Below, one piece after another: positions 59,863-64,000 of a DNA stretch of 64,000 nt (position 1 is its first letter; every line of letters begins with the position of its first letter). The notes beneath the pieces are model-generated. The model was given only the letters and a program-made list of their open reading frames with translations, was not told the origin of the DNA and did not search any database. Position numbers and translations under genes: made by a program. The stretch covers positions 12,909 to 76,908 of the forward strand of contig CAZRFL010000007.1 in NCBI GenBank assembly GCA_964599365.1, in the 5' to 3' direction. The DNA comes from an uncultured Bacteroidales bacterium. GTDB lineage: Bacteria; Bacteroidota; Bacteroidia; Bacteroidales; CAIWKO01.

Positions 59863-60576
59863 ATGGAAGAAATCAAAATTACCAACAAATTCAAGATGGG
59901 CGTTCCCGAACTGATAGGCTTAGGCAACAGATGCCTATCATTATACGAAAAAGATTTTTCAGTATTGGAAACCTATGGAATAAATGAAACCTTTAAAGAG
60001 GCCGTCGAAACTAAAATTGAAGAATTAAGCAACATAGGGTCCGATCCGGAATATCAGGGTGAGGCTATGGATTTTTGTGAAATCAAAGACAAAAATGCTG
60101 ATGATGTAAGGGTGATGATTCGCACCATAATGTCGCGGGTCGAAAATGTATTTAAACCCGGCAGTGGTAAATGGAAACGTTTCGACACCAAGGGATTGAG
60201 TCAAATGAACGATCATCTGTTGGCCCGATGCGGATTCAGAGTAGTGCGCATCTGCAACGTTTATCTGTCGCAACTAACTCCAAAAGGAATTACGCCGGCA
60301 ATGCTAACCGAATTGAATGATTTGACAACACAATTCTACAAAAGTTGGGACGACTTTCATGATGCCGAATGCAATCGTGTTTGCATGACAACCGAACGCC
60401 TGACCCTTGGCAACGAACTGTACGATTTGATTACCGAAATGTACGGATATGGCAAAGACTATTGGTACACCCGCAACGAAGCCAGATACAAGAATTATAT
60501 CATCTACGATACCCCCAGTGGCAAACCCGACAAGGAAGAAGTTACACCCGAAGATCAAGCCCCTCAGCCGGAATAG
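59863..60576 (+). CDS. Orphan helical protein with a P/E/D-rich tail
   Basis: 237 aa. No motif recognised. By eye, the segment GITPAMLTELNDLTTQFYKSWDDFHDAECNRVCMTTERLTLGNELYDLI weakly resembles ITVTDRADMTDALKAFKDINGTPQSLIKKRKAEGTEIMIPLLNDLDVT of the 19346 protein. Confidence 0.55.
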   Translation: MEEIKITNKFKMGVPELIGLGNRCLSLYEKDFSVLETYGINETFKEAVETKIEELSNIGSDPEYQGEAMDFCEIKDKNADDVRVMIRTIMSRVENVFKPGSGKWKRFDTKGLSQMNDHLLARCGFRVVRICNVYLSQLTPKGITPAMLTELNDLTTQFYKSWDDFHDAECNRVCMTTERLTLGNELYDLITEMYGYGKDYWYTRNEARYKNYIIYDTPSGKPDKEEVTPEDQAPQPE

Positions 60577-60590
60577 AATTGAGGATCCCG

Positions 60591-60621
60591 CTCGCTCAGA
60601 TTTGCAAAGCAGCTGAGCGAG
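60591..60621 (+). terminator. Hairpin downstream of the orphan gene (possible terminator)
   Basis: 9-bp stem: ctcgctcag (60591-60599) pairs with ctgagcgag (60613-60621), 13-nt loop. There is no clear U-run. Confidence 0.45.
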
Positions 60622-60715
60622 AATACAGTTAATCCCTCAACCCATCATCCTACTTCAACAGTTTAACCATCTAACAATTTAGCAATATATGCTGAAAGGT
60701 CTCAGCGGAATTCAG

Positions 60716-60723
60716 TATTTTTG
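60716..60723 (+). promoter_or_regulatory. Candidate Bacteroidota -7 promoter box (TAnnTTTG) for tyrS
   Basis: tatttttg, with its first base 22 nt upstream of the ATG at 60738. Confidence 0.4.
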
Positions 60724-60737
60724 CTAAAATTTTACTT

Positions 60738-62012
60738 ATGGGTTTTATTGAAGAATTACGATGGAGAGGCATGATACATGATATCATCCCGGGTACGGAA
60801 GAACAACTGGCAAAAGAAACCACTCAGGCATACATAGGTTTCGATCCTACTTCTGATTCCTTGGGCGTGGGCAATCTGGTACAGGTGATGACCTTGCTTC
60901 ATTTTCAGAAAGCCGGTCACAAACCCATTGCGTTGGTGGGTGGTGCTACGGGCATGGTGGGCGATCCCTCGGGAAAATCGCAGGAACGAAACCTGCTTTC
61001 GGAAGATATTTTGCAGCACAACCTGGCTTGCCAAAAGAAACAATTGGAGAAATTTCTTGATTTCGATTGCGGAGCCAACTCTGCCGAAATTGTCAACAAC
61101 TACGACTGGTTTCGCGATTTCAATTTTCTTGATTTCATTCGCGATGTCGGAAAGCACATGACCATTAATTATATGCTGAGCAAAGACAGCGTTCAAAACC
61201 GTTTGGAGAATGGCATGTCGTTCACCGAGTTCAGCTATCAACTGGTGCAGGCCTACGATTTCTATCATCTTTTCAAAAATCACAACGTAAAGTTGCAAAT
61301 GGGAGGTTCCGATCAATGGGGCAATATCGTATCGGGCACCGAACTCATCCGCCGAAAAGCAGGTGGTGAAGCTTATGCACTTACAACACCTCTAATAAAA
61401 AAGGCCGACGGCACCAAGTTCGGAAAAACCGAAAGCGGTAATGTATGGCTCGATCCGCAGAAGACCTCGCCTTACAAATTTTACCAGTTTTGGCTCAATG
61501 CCAGCGATACGGATGCTGCCAACTATATAAAAATATTTACACTTTTCAATAAGCAGGAGATAGATGCCATTCTGCTGCAGCACAACGAAGCTCCTCAGCT
61601 GCGACATTTGCAAAAGATTTTGGCTAAAGATATCACTACACGCGTGCATTCCGAAGCTGATTATCTGGCTGCGGCAGAAGCTTCTGAGATCCTTTTTGGG
61701 AAAAGTACATCGGATGCTTTATTAAGATTGTCCGAAGAAATGTTGTTGTCGGTTTTCGAAGGAGTTCCTCAGGTGAGTATTCCTATGTCAGACTTTGAAA
61801 GTGGTATGCCCATAGTTGATTTTCTGGGCGAAAAGTCTATGATCACTGCATCGAAAGGCGAGGCCCGCCGAATGCTAAAGGAGGGAAGTATCAGTGTCAA
61901 CAAAAACAAAATAGATGAGTTATTTGTGGTCGACAACCGACATTTTATCCGCGACAAATATATTTTGCTGCAAAAAGGCAAAAAGAATTATTATCTGATC
62001 ATTGCTGTTTAA
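60738..62012 (+). CDS. tyrS: Tyrosine--tRNA ligase
   Basis: 424 aa. Contains [25 protein letters not shown] (HIGH region), KFGKTES (KMSKS region), and a C-terminal S4-like domain. Confidence 0.94.
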   Translation: MGFIEELRWRGMIHDIIPGTEEQLAKETTQAYIGFDPTSDSLGVGNLVQVMTLLHFQKAGHKPIALVGGATGMVGDPSGKSQERNLLSEDILQHNLACQKKQLEKFLDFDCGANSAEIVNNYDWFRDFNFLDFIRDVGKHMTINYMLSKDSVQNRLENGMSFTEFSYQLVQAYDFYHLFKNHNVKLQMGGSDQWGNIVSGTELIRRKAGGEAYALTTPLIKKADGTKFGKTESGNVWLDPQKTSPYKFYQFWLNASDTDAANYIKIFTLFNKQEIDAILLQHNEAPQLRHLQKILAKDITTRVHSEADYLAAAEASEILFGKSTSDALLRLSEEMLLSVFEGVPQVSIPMSDFESGMPIVDFLGEKSMITASKGEARRMLKEGSISVNKNKIDELFVVDNRHFIRDKYILLQKGKKNYYLIIAV

Positions 62013-64000
62013 TCGCCGGGATTCATCGATTTTTCCAGAATCGAGATTAAGGAGAGACGGTCAACAGGTTTCAAAATATAGTTGGTAAAATATCCGGCGA
62101 TATTTTCCTCCATTTCTCTTTCGGTCGAATAAGCGGTAAGTGCGATTATTGGTGTTTTAATATTCAAATTGCGGATCTCGATAGTGGCTTCAATGCCGTT
62201 GATGCCTTCGCCGAGATTAATATCCATCAAAATGGCGTCATAATCGGAACGTTTCACTAATTCAATAGCCATCGAACCATTAGTTGTCGTTTCAACTTCA
62301 TAATTGTTTTTCAGATAGGCGCTGATCAATTCTCCATTGATTTTATTATCATCTACTACTAGGATCTTAGGTTTTATCATATTGGTTTGTTCTGATTTTT
62401 TCATTTGTACCGATGGATAATAATCGGGCTTTTGAATTGGAGCCTCACCGGCGTAAGGTAATAAAAGAGTAAAGGTTGAGCCGATATCTACCCTGCTCTC
62501 GACCAAAATGCGCCCTCCCATCATTTCGGCCATTTTCTTGCATAAAGATAATCCCAGACCGCTGCCTTCGTAAGTGCGGTTCATGCCTTCGCTCACTTGC
62601 CTGAAATCTTCAAATATAAGATTAAAATGATCTTCCGAAATTCCAATTCCTGTATCGGTAATGGCAACAAAAGCATAATTCTCTTCTTGATAAACGATGG
62701 TTCCGGTTTTTATATGGATACTTCCTCTGGAAGTGAATTTAACAGCATTTGTAAGAAGGTTGTTAAGGATTTGCAGCAGGAAATTATGATTAAACGAAGC
62801 AAAAACTTCTTCCTGTATGCTTTTCCTGATCAAAATATTCTTTTTGGCAGCTTCTTCGGCATGAGGTGTGATAGAACTATCGATAAAGCTATTGAGATTT
62901 GCTTTTTGTATTTCAAGGGGTTTGCGGCCAGCTTCCAGTTGCGATAATTCCAAAATGGTGTTCAGCGTACTCATCAGCCTGTTGCTCGAAACCAGAATGT
63001 AATCTAACATAGTTTTCGAATCCGGATCAGTGATTTTCGAAGATAACAATGAAGTAAATCCTATGATACCGGTCATAGGCGTACGCAACTCGTGGCTCAT
63101 ATTGGCAATGAAAGCTGTTTTCAGTTTGTCCGATTCTTCAGCTATCTCTTTTGCCTTTAAGATTTCTTCTTCCGCCTGCTTTTTGAAGATCAAAATAGCA
63201 ATTTGCTCCGAAATAAATACTAACAAATCTTTTTCGTGTATGGTATATCTTAATCCTTCAATATAGCTCTGAACAACAATAACCCCGATAACATTTTTTT
63301 GAGTAATCAGAGGCACACCTATCCAGTCCATAGATTTCGTGCCAATAAACTCTATTTCGTTTGATTTTTCAAGTTCTTCGAGCAATTCAGGATTAGCCAG
63401 AAGGGGTTTGCCATGTCGAAGCACATATTCTGTCAGTCCTCTTTTCAGCTTACGGGGCTGAGGTTTTTCATCTTTCTCATCGACATAATAAGGGAAACTA
63501 AGCAGATCTAGTTCTTCGCTATAGAGGGCGATATAGAAGTTGGCCGCATTCATTAACTCCCCGACAATATTATGAATAGGCTGGTATAGATCCTCCAGTT
63601 TCGAGGCAGTATGAATCAACTGAGATATTTGAAAAGTTGCGGCTTTCGCTTTTTCCGATTGTTTCAGCTCCGTAATATCATTATAAATATTCATTATGGC
63701 CTTTTTCCCGTCGTATTCAATCACGGAGCCATTTACCAGCATGGATATTTCATGCCTGTTTTTTGAATAATGAACTGTCTCGAAGTTCTTGAGGATATTG
63801 TTTTTCTTGAGGTTTTCAAGTTGAATTTGGTCGTACGAAAAGTTCTTCGAAATTTGTTTCAGATTCATTCTCGAAAGCTCTTCTACGGTACCCCCATAAA
63901 CTTCCGAAGCTTTTTCATTTGCTGTGATAATCTGGGCGTTTTCCGGATTAAGGATCAAAATGGCATCATTGGCATGAGCAAAGATAGTTTTGTATTGGTT
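62009..64000 (-). CDS. Hybrid sensor histidine kinase (PAS-GAF-HisKA-HATPase-REC); the 5' end lies beyond the right edge of the window
   Basis: H-box [16 protein letters not shown]-boxes DTGIGI and [12 protein letters not shown]. Receiver ILVVDDN...ILMDINL...LTAY...KPV. The track 'M' at 63958 is a TTG, and the frame stays open to 64000 (...[23 protein letters not shown], a PAS start), so the gene is truncated by the window. Confidence 0.9.
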   Translation of the reverse strand, partial: NQYKTIFAHANDAILILNPENAQIITANEKASEVYGGTVEELSRMNLKQISKNFSYDQIQLENLKKNNILKNFETVHYSKNRHEISMLVNGSVIEYDGKKAIMNIYNDITELKQSEKAKAATFQISQLIHTASKLEDLYQPIHNIVGELMNAANFYIALYSEELDLLSFPYYVDEKDEKPQPRKLKRGLTEYVLRHGKPLLANPELLEELEKSNEIEFIGTKSMDWIGVPLITQKNVIGVIVVQSYIEGLRYTIHEKDLLVFISEQIAILIFKKQAEEEILKAKEIAEESDKLKTAFIANMSHELRTPMTGIIGFTSLLSSKITDPDSKTMLDYILVSSNRLMSTLNTILELSQLEAGRKPLEIQKANLNSFIDSSITPHAEEAAKKNILIRKSIQEEVFASFNHNFLLQILNNLLTNAVKFTSRGSIHIKTGTIVYQEENYAFVAITDTGIGISEDHFNLIFEDFRQVSEGMNRTYEGSGLGLSLCKKMAEMMGGRILVESRVDIGSTFTLLLPYAGEAPIQKPDYYPSVQMKKSEQTNMIKPKILVVDDNKINGELISAYLKNNYEVETTTNGSMAIELVKRSDYDAILMDINLGEGINGIEATIEIRNLNIKTPIIALTAYSTEREMEENIAGYFTNYILKPVDRLSLISILEKSMNPGD

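Noticed and set aside
60577-60737. T-box or other leader upstream of tyrS
   Set aside because: The 160-nt region is too short. It lacks a specifier-loop/T-box-like conserved 14-mer or a terminator/antiterminator pair that I can recognise. It has only one 9-bp hairpin, which belongs to the upstream gene, and a weak 5-bp hairpin.

Overview
This window looks like core chromosome from a Bacteroidota-type genome. That placement is inferred only from gene content and signals visible in the sequence: the nadK / DUF6089 x2 / uppS / bamA / skp / skp block, a Bacteroidota-style LptE, an S46 dipeptidyl-peptidase, long-form IspG, and TAnnTTTG -7 boxes. I call about 57 protein-coding genes. Most are housekeeping: groES-groEL, secG, lptE, rnhB, ispG, purS, pssA, cutC, bamA, uppS, nadK, pdxJ and tyrS. 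I recognised no rRNA, tRNA, CRISPR array, transposase or integrase.

The most unusual content is non-coding. Four long intergenic regions each carry a tandem array with strictly conserved 21-bp (or 42-bp) phasing, no indels, and unrelated or only partly related unit sequences:
- 18970-19242: 13 x 21 bp.
- 32889-33083: 4.7 x 42 bp.
- 46675-46968: 14 x 21 bp, degenerate.
- 59536-59766: 11 x 21 bp, CGCG core.

Two of these arrays end about 100 bp upstream of two orphan genes (19346 and 59863) that look weakly similar by eye. One of them is also flanked by a divergent XRE-family regulator with a C-terminal 4-Cys cluster. I consider this the best candidate for an undescribed system, with function unknown.

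Other items worth a second look:
- A very basic lipoprotein built from about 8 tandem modules (15253-16572).
- A histidine-phosphatase / degenerate-GGDEF / MFS operon (26498-29978).
- A lipoprotein-type rubrerythrin next to a DUF2231 membrane protein.
- A DUF1338 (HglS-like) plus YdiJ-like pair.
- A cluster of four mini-hairpins (23478-23617).
- Short-period 'stutter' sequences in many intergenic regions.

All family assignments are by-eye motif recognition. No database search was run.
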